From the human T2T-CHM13v2.0 reference genome, Homo sapiens, in assembly GCF_009914755.1 (NCBI RefSeq), contig NC_060934.1: DNA of 64,000 nucleotides. The stretch is one strand, 5' to 3'. This document shows positions 15,091 through 30,053 of this stretch, piece after piece. The notes beneath the pieces were generated by a model, which made no database searches, had not been told where the DNA came from, and was given only the letters and a program-made list of their open reading frames with translations. Both the position numbers and the translations under genes were made by a program. Positions within the stretch are counted from its first letter, which is position 1. Every line of letters starts with the position of its first letter.

Positions 15091-16748
15091 ATGTCTGCTT
15101 TATAGCCCAGGGTCCTGACTCCAGGGTCATTCTACAAAGCAAGGAGGTATTTTTTTGGAGGGAACTTTCCAATACCTCAATGCTGTTATTACTCATTAAG
15201 TCCTTTAGTCTTCTCTCCAGGGGTAGTTATCTGACCATGAACTGCCTTTGCTTCTAGTTCCTCAATTCCAGTCGTAAATGTATCTGACAACCAGTGTCAG
15301 AGCCAGAGAAAGACCAGAAGCTGAGCTAGACTATTCGTTGGCCCAGATGAGATCCCCAGGCCAGTGAGCGCTCTCTGACTGTCTGGCTGACACCTGCCCT
15401 TCATCAAATGAATGAATCGGGTCTTTCCCAGCTTCTCATTTTTTCCCAAGGCCGTCACACCCGAGAGGTGGGAACTGGATGAGCCCACGTCCATTGTACG
15501 GCCAGACGGGGCAGCAATCCATGGCTCTCTGGAGGCAGCTGCCACGGGTTATTCTACTGTAATACTTTCCTTCCTCCTTTATGCCACTCATGAAACTCCA
15601 CTGCCAGGACCCGTCAGTCTCTCCGGAGACAAGCGTAGAGGCTCACCTTACCCAGTAAATGTGTGAAGTGAGCCATGACATTCACAGTGGGAGCAGTTGC
15701 TTTTCCCAGAATCCAAACAGGAGCACGGTGGAAGTGAGGGAGAGAAGCCGCAGAAGTTAAACAAAGCCACAGAGATCATACTGAAAGAATCTGGGGCCTT
15801 AAAAAATAAGCAAGATTTAACAAAGTGAAGCAAAGGGAGATGGTGTTCCAGTAAGAGGAAACAGCATGATGAGACCCAGGAGTATGAGAATAGAATTCTC
15901 TGAGAACAAAAGTTAATCTGGCCTGATGAAATGGGTAAAGAAAAGCGAAGAGACGCAAGACCTAAGGCGTAGCTGGGGCTCACCCCAGGGGCTGCAGGAG
16001 CCGTACCCTGTATTTGGAATTTGGGCTGGAGGCAAAAGAAAACTGTCAGTGATTTCAGAGAAGGAGAGGGCCATAAACAGAGATAGAAAATAATTCTGGT
16101 GCCAAGTGAAGGATGAAATGAAGACCGAGTCAGTTATGACACAATTGCTGAATCCAGATTAAAATAATAATTATTATTAAAGGAATCTGAACCAGGACTA
16201 CAGCTCAGACTTTTGAAATAATGTAAATCCCTGAGCACGGAATCGCTGTTGTGTGATCCACTGTTACTGATGAGAGAGCATCAAATTTCCCCAAGGCATG
16301 AGGCAAAAAAAGATGGAACTCTCCCCTGCTGTGGGAACCACACACATCTCACCTGCAGTCTGGAAAGAAAATAACTCTGGATTAGGAAACAGATGGAAGC
16401 AGGGGCCTTGCCAGAAGCTACTACAAAAGGACGCATCTGAGAAATTTGGACATCAATTGATTAGAAAGGAAAGATCGAGTTAAGCAGTGGAATGAGCCCT
16501 CTCTTTGAGCTCCAGGACACTGCAATAGCAAGAACCATAGAGGCACAGGAGGCAGCTGCCCTCACTGGCCAGGTGCTCTGGCCATCACTGGCCAAAGGAG
16601 GGACCCTGGACTGGAGGATCCCAATCACTCTAAGCTGTGCTCTGAGATCACCGTGGAGGCAGGGTGCATGCTGCCACTGGAGCAGGGGCACACCACATGG
16701 AGACCCACGCCCTCACCTGCTATTTCTGTGGACAAAGAAAAGTTGCAG

Positions 16749-17195
16749 TGTGAACTCCAAAAAACTGAGACAGGTCTCAGTTAATTTTGAAAGTTTATCT
16801 GGCCATGGTTGAGGACGCACGCCCGTGACACAGCCTCAGGTGGTCCTGACAACATGTACCCAAGGTGGTCAGAGCACAGTTTGGTTCTATGCATTTTAGA
16901 GAGATGTAAGAAATTGGTCAACATATGTAAGATGAACACTGGTTTGGTCTGGAAAGGAAGGACAACTCGAACTGGGGAGGGGCCTTCCAGGTCATAGGTA
17001 GCTAAGAGACAAATGGTTGCATTCTTTTGAGTTTCTGATTAGGCTTTCCAAAGGAGGCAATCAGTTATGCATTTATCTCAGTGAGCAGAGGGGTAACTGA
17101 ATAGGATGGGAGGCAGGTTTCCCGTAAGCCGTTCCCAGCTTGACTTTTCCCTTTAGCTTAGTGATTTTGGGGGTCCGAGATATTTTCCTTTCACA
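16749..17195 (-). mobile_element. Solo ERV1 LTR (MER4A1-like)
   Basis: TG...CA termini. The reverse complement begins TGTGAAAGGAAAATATCTCGGACCCCCAAAATCACTAAGCTAAAGGGAAAAGTCAAGCTGGGAAC, matching the recalled MER4-group consensus. Confidence 0.75.
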
Positions 17196-17229
17196 CATAT
17201 TTAAGAGTCTACTTTGTGTTTACTAAATA

Positions 17230-17413
17230 CAGTATCATGGGAGCATGGGATGGGGGTGAGGGTTGAAAAATTACCTATTGAGTACAGTGGTCACTATTTG
17301 GGTGCTGGGTACACCAAAAGGCCAGACTTCACCACTACGCACTATATGCGTGTAATAAATCTACACTTGTACCCCCTCAATCTATTTAATTTTTAAAATT
17401 AAAATAAATAAAT
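17230..17413 (+). mobile_element. 5'-truncated L1 3' end (L1PB/L1MA type)
   Basis: gagggttgaaaaattacctattgagtac...cacttgtacccc followed by an A-rich tail. Confidence 0.8.
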
Positions 17414-17530
17414 ACATTTAGTGTCAATCTGGAGTCTGAGAAACAATACCAAGAAACTGAAGCTCAGTTGCGCATGCCCTGAGCCTGTCAGGGTGGAGTG
17501 CCACCCGCTTATGTGATTTCTTTATTTTAG

Positions 17531-17609
17531 GGCCAACTCTGTGACGTGGAATCCACACAAGATGATGGGAGTCCCTTTGCAGTGCTCTGCTCTCCTGGTT
17601 AGAGAAGAG
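17531..17609 (+). CDS. GAD2: GAD65 coding exon 12 (79 nt): (R)[26 protein letters not shown], including PLP-binding Lys396 (codon 17559-17561)
   Basis: Acceptor tttattttag and donor gtatgt. NPHK is the PLP Schiff-base motif. Confidence 0.98.
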
Positions 17610-18449
17610 GTATGTCTCTCTTGACTCTGTGTCCCAGTCCGTGCGTGGGCTTTGACTGTCTTTATGCGGTTGACTTTCTCTGGAAATGTCAAGATCACCG
17701 GGTCTTCTCTATGGTCCTACTCACATTCCCCAGAGAGCCCTTTCTAGATTCCTGTCTGCAGGGTGAAGGTCTGGTGCCTAACAGGGAAGAAAGGATAAGA
17801 GGACCTCAAATTTCAGAACATAAACTTTGACCTAATCTCCATGTTTTCAGTATGATACCCCTTTCCTCAACTGTTCCTGCATTCCTCCAATCCAGAGACC
17901 CTCTATGTCACTCTCACAAAAAATTAAATTTCCAGGTTTTTTTTCTGGAATCTGAGAGGAGATCATTTTTCCTATATAACAAATATACATGATATAGGAT
18001 TAAGGGTGGTGGTAGGATCCAGATACATAACATGTATATGTATGTGTGCATGTTCTGATTACAGTCAGATGATTAATCTGTAATCTCTGATTACAGATGA
18101 TTACAGTCTATCTATTTAATATTTAAAGCCATGTTCAAAGTGTAAGGAAGCTGCATCCTTATTAACCAGAAAAGAGAAGCAGCATCAATGAGCACTTTCA
18201 TGAATGAAACCATCTTGAAACCATCTTGAAAGATGGTTCTGTTCACCAGGCCTAGGACCATTCTCAGTAGGTGAGCACTGTTGGTCAAGGCCACTACATC
18301 TGCCTTCCGTGACGCCAGGCCGGACTCATAGTTCCTCACTCCCACATTTATTTTGTTGATGAAACCCAAATAAGGAGCTTCAGATGATCCCCATTCAATT
18401 TTATCTTCTTAGCATTAATAAAGCAACCCCAGATTAAAAGAAATTTTAA

Positions 18450-18806
<357 letters not shown>

Positions 18807-20089
18807 TAGTTATACAGTTAATACATTATTTTAGAAAGTTGAGGCAGAACAGAAAATATAAATAAATTTAGAGTCACCTCAAATTTGTGTAACTTAGGGA
18901 TAACCATTATTACCATTTTTAATATTTTCTCCCACAATTTTTTCTAGAAATAAATATATTTAAAAAGTATAAATAAATATATATTTATAATAAAGTTGCT
19001 ATCATCTACCTCATATACCTCATATATACATGTTGATTCTTCTTTATATTTTACATTATATTGTGAGCATTATCTTCCAAAACCTGATTTTAATGGCCTC
19101 ATATTATTCTATCACATAATTCAATGAACAATATCTCTATGGTTAAAATATTAACCAATGTTTTACAGAGTCACTTGATAGAATCCTTAAACATATACCT
19201 TTGATCACATTCCTGATTATTTTCTCAAAGTAGACTCCTCAATGTGGGATTGCTGGGTCAAAGAGTGTTATTACTTCTGTGGTTCTTAATACCTCCTGTT
19301 GTCAACTTCAAATTTACACAGCACGCCTTCTGTGTCTTCATCAGTAATAAAAATATGGACACAGGATTGAAGACAGCAACTTCCCCTCAAAATGAGATGA
19401 ATGCATTGGAAAATATCCTTTTGGACTGGTTTTTCATCAGTTAAAAATCCAGTCCAATGTATTATCATCTGCCCCAGCTCATGCAGGGCATGAGACCTCA
19501 ACTATAATTACTTCAAAGGAGAAAATAAATTTTTGTTATTTAGAATTCAGCCAGATGTTTTGACAGTGGCTCCCATCATGTCCTTACAGACCAAAAGGGA
19601 AATGCGAGCCGGAGGAAAATAGAAAGATTTGGAACTGATTAGATGACTGCATTGGAAGGATCTACTGACTGGCAATTTGATGTTACCCAGGATAGAGCCT
19701 ATGGCTTGGTACCTAACCTGTAGCATTCGAAATATTCACGGACTGTTTGAGTAAAACATAGAAGCTTATTAATGTTTCAGATGAGAGGAGACTGGGAGGT
19801 AGAGTAAATGTGTGTAGGAATGGAATCAGAATACAAGATGATTTTTACAGACTGGAGCAGTAAGCCACATCCAAAAAGGGACACTGTTATTGGAGACCAT
19901 TGTAAGGCTGTGCTCTTAGGTCCATGTATACCGTGGCTGTATTTTGATTGGACAAGGAAGGCTTGTTTCTACAGCTAAATTGTTGGACTTGTGAAAAAGG
20001 CAAAGGATATCAGCTCTACAGGGTCAACAACGAGTCAAGAGAAAAATGCCACACAAAATACATTAATGAGTTACAGCAAGTGGAATTTC

Positions 20090-20670
20090 AGCATGAGAAG
20101 GTGGTGGTCTCCCACCCTCCTCTAGTTAAACCACACCTGCCATGCTCTGCTTAGCTTGGTACCAAATTGTCCATGGGGTTCCATCAAGCTAGAGCCCAAA
20201 CTGTGGGGACCATTTGGTAAACGTGGAAGAGGGATGATTGAAATAGCTAAAGATGTTTAGCCTAGAGAGGAAAAGAAAAGAAAAGGGCTGAAGGGAGGAT
20301 GGCAGCCTTCACCATTTAAAGGACTCTCAAATGGAAGAGATTTGGAAATGATTAGATGACTGCATCAGAAGCACCTACCGACTGGCAATTTGATGTTACC
20401 GTTGAGGCTGTGGGGAGCTGGTTTAGTAACACCGGGTGGTAGAGATTTGACAGCAAAATCAGAACATCTGACTTGGGTTCAATAAAAGGAATACTTCTAA
20501 AAATTAAGCTGTCCAACAATAGGAATAAGTTAATAAGGGGAGGAGATTAAATAGAGAGATTGGACAGCCACTTATTAGTAAGGGTGTAGAAATGATTCCT
20601 TTATTGAGGAGGAATAGAGTAAACGAGCTCTAAATTCCCTTACAAATCCAAGACTTTATGATGCTCTGAC
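20090..20670 (+). mobile_element. L3/CR1 LINE remnant
   Basis: gatgtttagcctagagag, atttaaaggactctcaaatggaagag, aagctgtccaacaataggaat and the terminal tcccttacaaatccaagactttatgat resemble the recalled L3 3' region. Confidence 0.55.
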
Positions 20671-21068
20671 AGCATTTGTTTATTGGCATCCAAGGAATAA
20701 TGCTGTTCCATAAGATGGTAATAAGAGTTCCCCAATAAGAGAGTTCTCAGTTTTAAAAAGGCTGGGATATATTGGTTTAGAGTTAAAAACAACTTATGTT
20801 ATTTCAGGGCTTACTGGGGCCCTTAATATGCTGATAATTATTGCAGTATCTAAGAAGAAAGACTAGATGATATCGAGTTTCCTAAATTTATTTGAGCACG
20901 GGAATCTCTTTATGTACAGCAACTATTAATGTGTTTTAATGTGTTTTAAATAGTTTGGGACAGGATGGTCTATAACTTTTTCATGGCTCAGAACCAGGGT
21001 ATCATCTCACTAAGGCCTTCTGTAGGGAAAACAGCATCACTTTTGCTTGTCATGTTGTACAGTAATGA

Positions 21069-21494
<426 letters not shown>

Positions 21495-22866
21495 TTAGTA
21501 TTGATGGCACGAAGGTGTGAGCTTGCATGGCCTGAGGAATAATGGTACAAAGTTTCTGTGACCATGAAACCAAATAAAAGTGAGTGTTGCAAATTTTCAC
21601 CTTATTGGTCTTCAAGTGAATTTTCTTTTTTGAGTTCAGTATATTTCTACTGATCTAATACAAATACATCGTATTTAATTTTTCTTATTCTGAAAAATAA
21701 TGAAAGGATTCCAATATATGTGAAGCCTAAACTACAAGGTAGAGTCCAGTTCTGTTGTCTACCATTTCAGCACTCCGTCTTTCAAAACCAAATTAAAATT
21801 GTAGTTGCATTGCATTGTGTTTTAGTGTGGACAGTTTTCAGAAGTGTTCTCACTTTTAACTTCAACTAAGTGATGACACTTTAGTCTTGTCTTCTTTTGT
21901 CGTGAGTCACAAAAGAAACAAAACCAAATGCCAAAGCTTTTGTAAAATCACAATTAGACAGAAGAGAACAAAATAGTCAAAGGCTTCCAGTGTTTCATGA
22001 CAAATTGAAACACGGGGTTTTTAGTGAAGAGACTGTCGATACTATTTTAGTCGGAAAACATGATTCAGTCACTATTCTCTGGAATAATTCAATCACTTTG
22101 CCACCCATTTCCATAGTAAGGTTACAGTGCCAGGGCAAATGAATGGCCATTGACGATGAAACTTTCCACTTATCTATCTCAAGGAACTGAGTATGCGAAT
22201 GCAGGACTGAAGCTCTGACCACTCTTGAGAGAGGAATATGACATTTGAAAGATTGGTTATTTAAATTCACCTCAAAATTGCAATATGTGGGTTTTTTTTT
22301 TTTTAGATTTTAGCATATAAAAATGATAGCAATGAGCTGCCTTAAAAGCTATGATTTCCAAAGGGAGCTCAAACTCCCTAACAGCTAAATGATAAAGTAC
22401 TTGAACTAGATATGGATGGAAATACTGGAAGAACCACACTAATAATATTTCACAAAACCAAAGAGTTTCCAAAATATTTTAATCACGACAAAACCAGAAT
22501 AGTAGGATATTCTCCCAAAGAAGGGGAACATTTAAATATAAATATATGCTCTGGTTGTGATTTTTATTTATCAGTTGATTTTTATAAATGCCTTCTCTTA
22601 AAAGGGAGAGTAAAAGTATAAATGTGTCCTTGCTAACCTCCGTGACATTTGACCCTGAGCCATTGATCCCACAGAGTTGACCATTACAACAACCTAGACA
22701 CTCCTGTCCAGAATTGCCCCCATTCTTTTTTTTAAAATTGATTCTTACTGTTTTCTTTCTCTAAGATATGCAATGTCTCTTACTTCTTTTTTCTTATTAA
22801 TTTTTACCAATATGAATCTAATAAGTAGTCAGTAGAATTTCCTAAATTTTCTCTTCTCTCTTGTAG

Positions 22867-23016
22867 GGATTGATGCAGAATTGCAACCAAATGCATGCCT
22901 CCTACCTCTTTCAGCAAGATAAACATTATGACCTGTCCTATGACACTGGAGACAAGGCCTTACAGTGCGGACGCCACGTTGATGTTTTTAAACTATGGCT
23001 GATGTGGAGGGCAAAG
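22867..23016 (+). CDS. GAD2: GAD65 coding exon 13 (150 nt): [50 protein letters not shown] (catalytic loop, Tyr425)
   Basis: Acceptor ctcttctctcttgtag and donor gtgagt. Overlaps ORF 22870..23142. Confidence 0.98.
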
Positions 23017-23874
23017 GTGAGTATGTATGGACCAGCTAAATGTCAACTAAAAACAGAACCTTTATCTGGTGACCCCATTATGAAATGTCAAAAAAGTGAT
23101 TTCCAAATTGAAATTTCCTTACCCAAGATTTGCTTTCTTTAAACTTGCGTCTAAATACCTTCATTTGACATGAGGAAAAATATAGTCAAATCCATTGTTT
23201 GTTTCTTTTCTAGCCAAATTGATTCAAATGCTCACTCATCTGGAAAACAAATCCATTTTGCTTTATATAGCAGAACACCTTGAATTTTAACAGGTGTTTA
23301 TTGTTATTGTTGTTGGCTTTTGTCTGCTAACTTGGTTTTTACCCAGTGATTGATCACCTGGGTAGGTGAATGCAATCTGAAAGTATAGGTCTGGAGAACA
23401 AAAAAGAAAAAGTAAAAAGCCCACCATGATAGCTTATTTTTTGACATTTCAAGGGATAACCTCTAGTTACAAAGCTTTTTATTTCCCCCAATCTCCCAAA
23501 ATACCTAATCACCTCCTTTTATGTAGATTCTGTGTTTCCCTCTGAATTTAGCTGTAGGTGATCCCTCCTTTTTTCAGCAAGGAAAACTCACTAACTAACA
23601 GTGTGCAGGACTTGCTTAGACTTAATTGTAGCTTTCCAGGAGCCTACATTTATGTTTAAATGTAAGCAGGCTGGATAGGTCAAAGATTTTATTTTTAATT
23701 TTGACCAGATTCTTAACTTAAAGGTCACAAATTAGTGCCTGCCCATCCGGCTTCATTTGTCTCCTGTAGGAGATAAATAGACAGAGCCAGCTGTATATAC
23801 TATAGAAACTCCAATGCAAAAAGAGAGTTCGAGGAAACCTGGCATAAGAAAGTGAGAAAGGGGGCGATTAAAGG

Positions 23875-24323
23875 TGTCAACCTTAATAACAGAGAGAGTC
23901 TCTCTAAGAGAAAAGATGTTGATTTGGAAATAAAGCATTGCAATAGGAATACATGTGCCATAGTAAACTCTATGCACATTCAAAGGAGGTAAAGGAAGGC
24001 AAAAGTTTTTAAAGGAAGAAATGAGGAAGATTACATAATTGTTTTGAGATAAATATCCTTGGCTACAAAGATCAATAACAAGGGTGATGCCAGTCCGAGG
24101 CTGGATAGGCAATTGCTAGGCAGATGTCCTTGCAGAAGTATTTTTTTGTATGTAAGGTTGTGGTGGCCTTTGAGCAAGGTTGCCATTTTTGCAGTCTTAT
24201 GTGACAGTTTTTGTTATCTGGTATACAAGGCATGAGAACCCTCTCTTCATGGTTTTCCCTGGCTCTATCTATCAGGATTTTCTTAGCATTAGTGACTCCA
24301 TTTTGATTCTAACAACATTCACA
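23875..24323 (-). mobile_element. Solo ERV1 LTR (MER67-like)
   Basis: TG...CA termini. The reverse complement starts TGTGAATGTTGTTAGAATCAAAATGGAGTCACTAATGCTAAGAAAA. Near-TSD aagg/aggg. Confidence 0.65.
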
Positions 24324-26284
24324 AGGGAAATCTGGGATACCATGAGGTCCTTTATGCTTGGTGGAGTGGATATACATTTGGCTCTAAGGTGTGTAAATAG
24401 CCTACTTAAAGAGGTAACATGCTCAGTCCCATAAGAAAAAGCAAATAACTTGGTCAGCAGGAGGGAAGTATACCAGGATAAGACCAGTGAATGGGTTCTT
24501 CCACAAGTCTGTGTAAAAAGGTAGGAACCATGTCCACGGCAATGCATTCCTTATGCTTTTGTTTATAATTTTTTTAAAGTAACCTAAATTACTTTAAGCA
24601 GTTTAGATGATGGGATTATTAACAAGAAAAAGAGGGAGTTTTCGAGTGAAGCAATGTGACCCACAAATATTTTATGGAATCTCCTTTAAGTCCATTCTGG
24701 CAAAAAGATGCAGTTTAAACAGAAAGATGGTCTTGCTTAAAGAAGAAATAACTCTTTAGTGGTTTCCAAGGATGGCTGGACTGTACATCCTTCAGGGAAG
24801 CCTCCTTAATACTGTTTACTCCAGCTGAACTTTTTACATGTTGCTAAATATTAGGCAGCTACAAGAAGCTAAATATCAGGAGCTTTACATGAAGTGAAGC
24901 TCCACTGTGTTGCCTGGTAATGGTGGGGTGACGGGCCCCCTTCCTCTTTTGAAAATTGACAGCCCAACAAGGACAGGTATCTGGTCCCCACCACCTAGTG
25001 GGAGACTCATTCTGCTAGCAATGACACTTTCATTTGGAAGAAAAACCCAAAGCAGTCAAGAATGTAAAGTATTGATGTACCTCCAAGCAGCTTTAAAATG
25101 AGCAGGGTTTTCATTTCATTGATTGGTGGGAATTACAAAATGATGAATGTAAATATCAGGTAGCAAGCTGAGGAAACCTTGATCTCTGAATATTGTGCCA
25201 AGTTCTCTCTTACTTCAAGTATCATTCTTTGTGGCTTTTTTCCCCTGTGGTGTTTTTATTACGGTAATGATCATCAGTGATATTTATAGGAAAACGTTTC
25301 TCTCATGGTTCATCAGTTTCTGCTGCTCCCTTTCCATCTGAAGCCTCCTCTCCAGCAGGGGCAGCACAGTTTCTTAGAGAAATAATATGGAGGGCATCAG
25401 GTGTGAATCGAACAGCAGGACCAGATGAAGCCCAAAATAAAAGCAAGAGCCCCATGAAGGCACCAGGGAAGGGGATGAAAAGAGCAAATCACAGCCACTG
25501 TGTTACTTATTCTTTTACTTACTTGTGGAAACACCTCAAGTATCTAGACATCTAGCCGCAAAAACTTCCATTTTGTTTTTCAATCTAAACCTTTGTGAGT
25601 TTTTTTTTGAAAAACGAAATGATAATCATTATTAAAGTAATAAGCTAAGTCCTACAATCTAGATCAAAGGTGAGGAAAATTGTACTCTCACAGCAAAGCT
25701 CTCTCTCTAGCCACACTGGCCAAGGAAGAAGTCATCCTCTTCCCGCAAGAAGAGCCATGAAAGAGTTGGCTATGATGTTGAATCTTGCCTCCCCACAGGA
25801 ATGAGGAAACAATCTGGAAAAGATTAAGGAGGAGAAGGAGGAAGAACATAGCATTAATTCACTAAACCCTCTGTTGTCAGACATGCCTGGAGAATTCGGT
25901 GTTTTCCACATTTTCTCCTAAGATAAACCCCATGAGAAATAGCCTAAGTATAAATTATTCTTTGAACTAATCTGCTAATGACTAATGGAGCTAAATGCAC
26001 TGATGACAGCCATCATATTAAGTCCAAATTAACTTGATTAGAACCAATTTATGCAAAAAATAAGACCCCTGATTTAGGTTGCTAAGCGGCATACTAGCTG
26101 GTTAAGATATGGATTTTTATTATCATCAGCAAAGGCCCAGTGCCTACCGTTGACTCTCCTCTTACGGAGTTGGCCTTTCATTTTGTCTGCATTTTATTAA
26201 ATAATCCTAGGACCTAATGATTATTTCCCAATGTTGACAGATTTCTACGGTGGCTAAAACTCAGTAGCTAACAAAAATAAGTAA

Positions 26285-26500
<216 letters not shown>

Positions 26501-28982
26501 TAGTCATACAAATAGTCAGTTTTCCTTGTGGTTTTTTTATGATTAGCTTTTCTAATTAAAAATGTGGATAACAGAGGGACTGGCAAATGGCTGTGAAAAA
26601 AAATACCAGGAAAAAAATATTAAAGGGAAATGGACATCTGGCATCCTTTGCTGAAAATGAATGTTTACTTTCTCTCTAAAATATTAATTTATTTTAACAA
26701 GTAGATATTCAGCATCTATTATCGTGTCTAGTACTGAATGGGATAAGAAGGCTCTCATTTTCCAGACAAGATAAGATAAATGCACAGAAATCCATCATAA
26801 AAGACAGATTAGGACTGATCACAAAAGAAATCCAGACACATCTGGGGAATTTAAAGGACGGAGAGCTCATTCCTGGTTTAAGAATCAAGATGATTCACAA
26901 AGAGATGACCTTTGAGATAGGACTTGAACAGGATAGGTAGAAGAAGTAGGATTTCACCCAGCAGTGCTGTGAGAAGGCCATTCCACGGAGTGGTTGAGCA
27001 GGAGTTCAGTGCATATTATGAAAGTGAGGGAAAGTCTAATTGACTGAAGGGCGACTTGGGAGCTATGTTCCAGGTGAAAAGTAACAGAGCCTGAACTAGG
27101 GTGATAGCAGCAAAAATTGAGATAACAGCAAGGGATTCGGTAGTTATTTCAAAAGCACTGTCTCTGGGGCCTGTGAATGTTTATAAAAGCATTTCAAGAA
27201 GTGGAGAATGATCATGACCAGCTCTCAAGATGTCAAACCCCAAGACCACATAGAGGCAGCAGCTGAACACTTGGATGGTGAGATTGCTGAAGTATTTAAT
27301 GAATGAAAGAATTTTGAAGAATCTCCTAAAAGCCTTCAAAACCTTGAAAATAAAATGTGGATCTTAATCCCATAAATATTCAATATGAACGGGAGGCACC
27401 CAGGGCACACTAGAGTTTTCTGTGTCATTCCCCATGTATATCTTTAGCCCCCAACTAAAGGGGCAGTCACATGGCCCATGATCATCCCCATAGCAAGGTC
27501 CCAGACCAGGGGAACCAGAGGTCTTTAGTAATCCCATTGCTGTTGCAGTGCAAACTCTTCTTCATGGGAAATCAGAGAGGCATCATCATTCCCATCTGAT
27601 CAGAGAGTTGGCCAAAGCCATTCAGCTGGACAGGGTCAGAGGCAAGCTGGTCATGCCATATCCTAGATCAGATATGCAAAAGTTTAAACCCAACTCCAGA
27701 CTGGTCCAAAGGATCCAGGTTGGAGAAGAGCAATTAGCTTCCCTCACTTCTACCTACAGTCCATCCCAAGTGAACCCAAACTGTCAGGTCATTCCAAACC
27801 AATTATAATCTCCTTAGCACCCATAGATGCAGAGAGCTCCTGGTATGGGTGCTGGCCAAGCATCAGGCATCAGCCCAAGCTCTTCTTGGGGAGGCATCAG
27901 GAACCCATCAGCCTCCTTGAGCCGATTACCTGGGGGAGCAGTCTCCAAAGAAGTGAATTTCTGAACCCATTTGATATCTCCAGGGCAGCTTGTTCTTAAA
28001 CCTGCTTCAGATGTCACAAGTCACTGGGCTATGTTGGGCCCCCTTAGCTGAGATGATGTGATCTTGTATGAAACAGGCAAGTGGGCCCATCTCATCTCCA
28101 TTACAATTGCTTTCTCTAGGTTCTCTGCTGGAGAAGTTACTGGTAGGCAGGTTCAAAGTGCTTCTGAGATGAGCACTGGCTTTTACTCTTAAGCTTTCTC
28201 CATCAGCACCCAGTAAACACCCAAGGAGATAAGAGGAAAGCCATTTTGAAAAGTAACTCTCTTGTGTGTCCCGATGTCAGTTAAACAGCTCCAGTCCAAG
28301 ACTGTTGTGTTGGTTTTCCCAAGTCTGGATTCAGAGCTTCCAGAGCCAGAAACTAAAAGAAATCAGTGATAATGTTCACCCATTACAGACACGTGAGTCA
28401 TTTATCTGCCCCCAAAGGAGAACTGTACAGAGCTCGACAGGCTAACAAAGCATCTGGGTGCTCCCTAAAATTCCTGCATCCATTTGTTCAATGAAGTCAG
28501 TGAGCACCTACCCAATTTTTTCTGTATCAGGTACACTGGCAGACAAAGATGGGCTCTGGGAATGGAAAATGTGCACGTTGGAGGGGAACTAAGCAGGCAT
28601 TCTGGGGGGTCTCTGGTGATGCTTTTTATCTGCAGGAAGAGAGTAGCTCAGCCCTCCTGTTATTAATGACTTCCATGATTATTCCTATGAATAGCAGAGG
28701 CACATTTTCCTCTTGAGTAGTCAAACTAATTGCCTGGGGAATGGAGGCTCTGGAAGAAAAGGAGTTCCGTGTAGAAAGCAGTAATGAAAGGGAACAAAAG
28801 CACCTGACGGGGAGAGCATTGAAGAGAAAATAGCGCTGAAAAAGCCTTTGGAAACAGCCTTGTGTTGAGAAAGTGCCAGACGGGGCTAAGACAGAGACGG
28901 CAGGATGACGGTCAGTCTCCAGGGAAATCGCTTCCTCCGCACTCTTAGCCTGCTTAATGAGCTGTGTCCTTCTCTTACCTAG

Positions 28983-29090
28983 GGGACTACCGGGTTTGAA
29001 GCGCATGTTGATAAATGTTTGGAGTTGGCAGAGTATTTATACAACATCATAAAAAACCGAGAAGGATATGAGATGGTGTTTGATGGGAAG
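28983..29090 (+). CDS. GAD2: GAD65 coding exon 14 (108 nt): [36 protein letters not shown]
   Basis: Acceptor ccttctcttacctag and donor gtatgt. Phase 0-0 and in frame. Confidence 0.97.
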
Positions 29091-29419
29091 GTATGTATTT
29101 GGATTTCTACAATCTCAGAAAGTTTAGTCAATTCCAACCCTCATCACTGATATGATGTAAATGATGTGCTGTCCAGGTAAGTGGGACGATTACAGAGGGG
29201 AGCAGTGGATGACGGGGTAGCTATTCCAAGCTGGAATAAAGACGAAACTCTCAAAGTGGTCCATATAACGTTGTCAAAATCATGCCCTCCAATGGCAATT
29301 CCTGATTGAAAAGTGGGAATTGTGTTCTGAACCTGCTGAATACATCGATTTGAAATGTTCTTGGAATTTTCAAAATTGCCAGCCTGGGCCAAATGTGAAT
29401 CTTCCTTTCCTCTTTGTAG

Positions 29420-29509
29420 CCTCAGCACACAAATGTCTGCTTCTGGTACATTCCTCCAAGCTTGCGTACTCTGGAAGACAATGAAGAGAGAATGAGTCGC
29501 CTCTCGAAG
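29420..29509 (+). CDS. GAD2: GAD65 coding exon 15 (90 nt): [30 protein letters not shown]
   Basis: Acceptor cttcctttcctctttgtag and donor gtcagt. Phase 0-0. Confidence 0.97.
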
Positions 29510-29669
29510 GTCAGTGCTCCAAGCTCCTCTGATACATGTGTGTATTGAGCCTTTCATGTGCACATCTTCTTTATGACATATGCCTGTGGCCTTAGGAGAC
29601 AGCCTACCTGGGTACATGGGCCCATTCCCGTCTGTGGACTCCTACAGAGCCAGGACATATAGAGCCTGA

Positions 29670-30053
<384 letters not shown>

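Noticed and set aside
27816-27853. 10-bp inverted repeat AGCACCCATA/TATGGGTGCT, and a bulged hairpin at 42605-42634
   Set aside because: About one such stem is expected by chance in 64 kb, and both are too short for a miRNA precursor.
29144-29617. 157-aa antisense ORF across exon 15
   Set aside because: It is the antisense shadow of a coding exon plus intron, with no promoter, splice or homology support visible.
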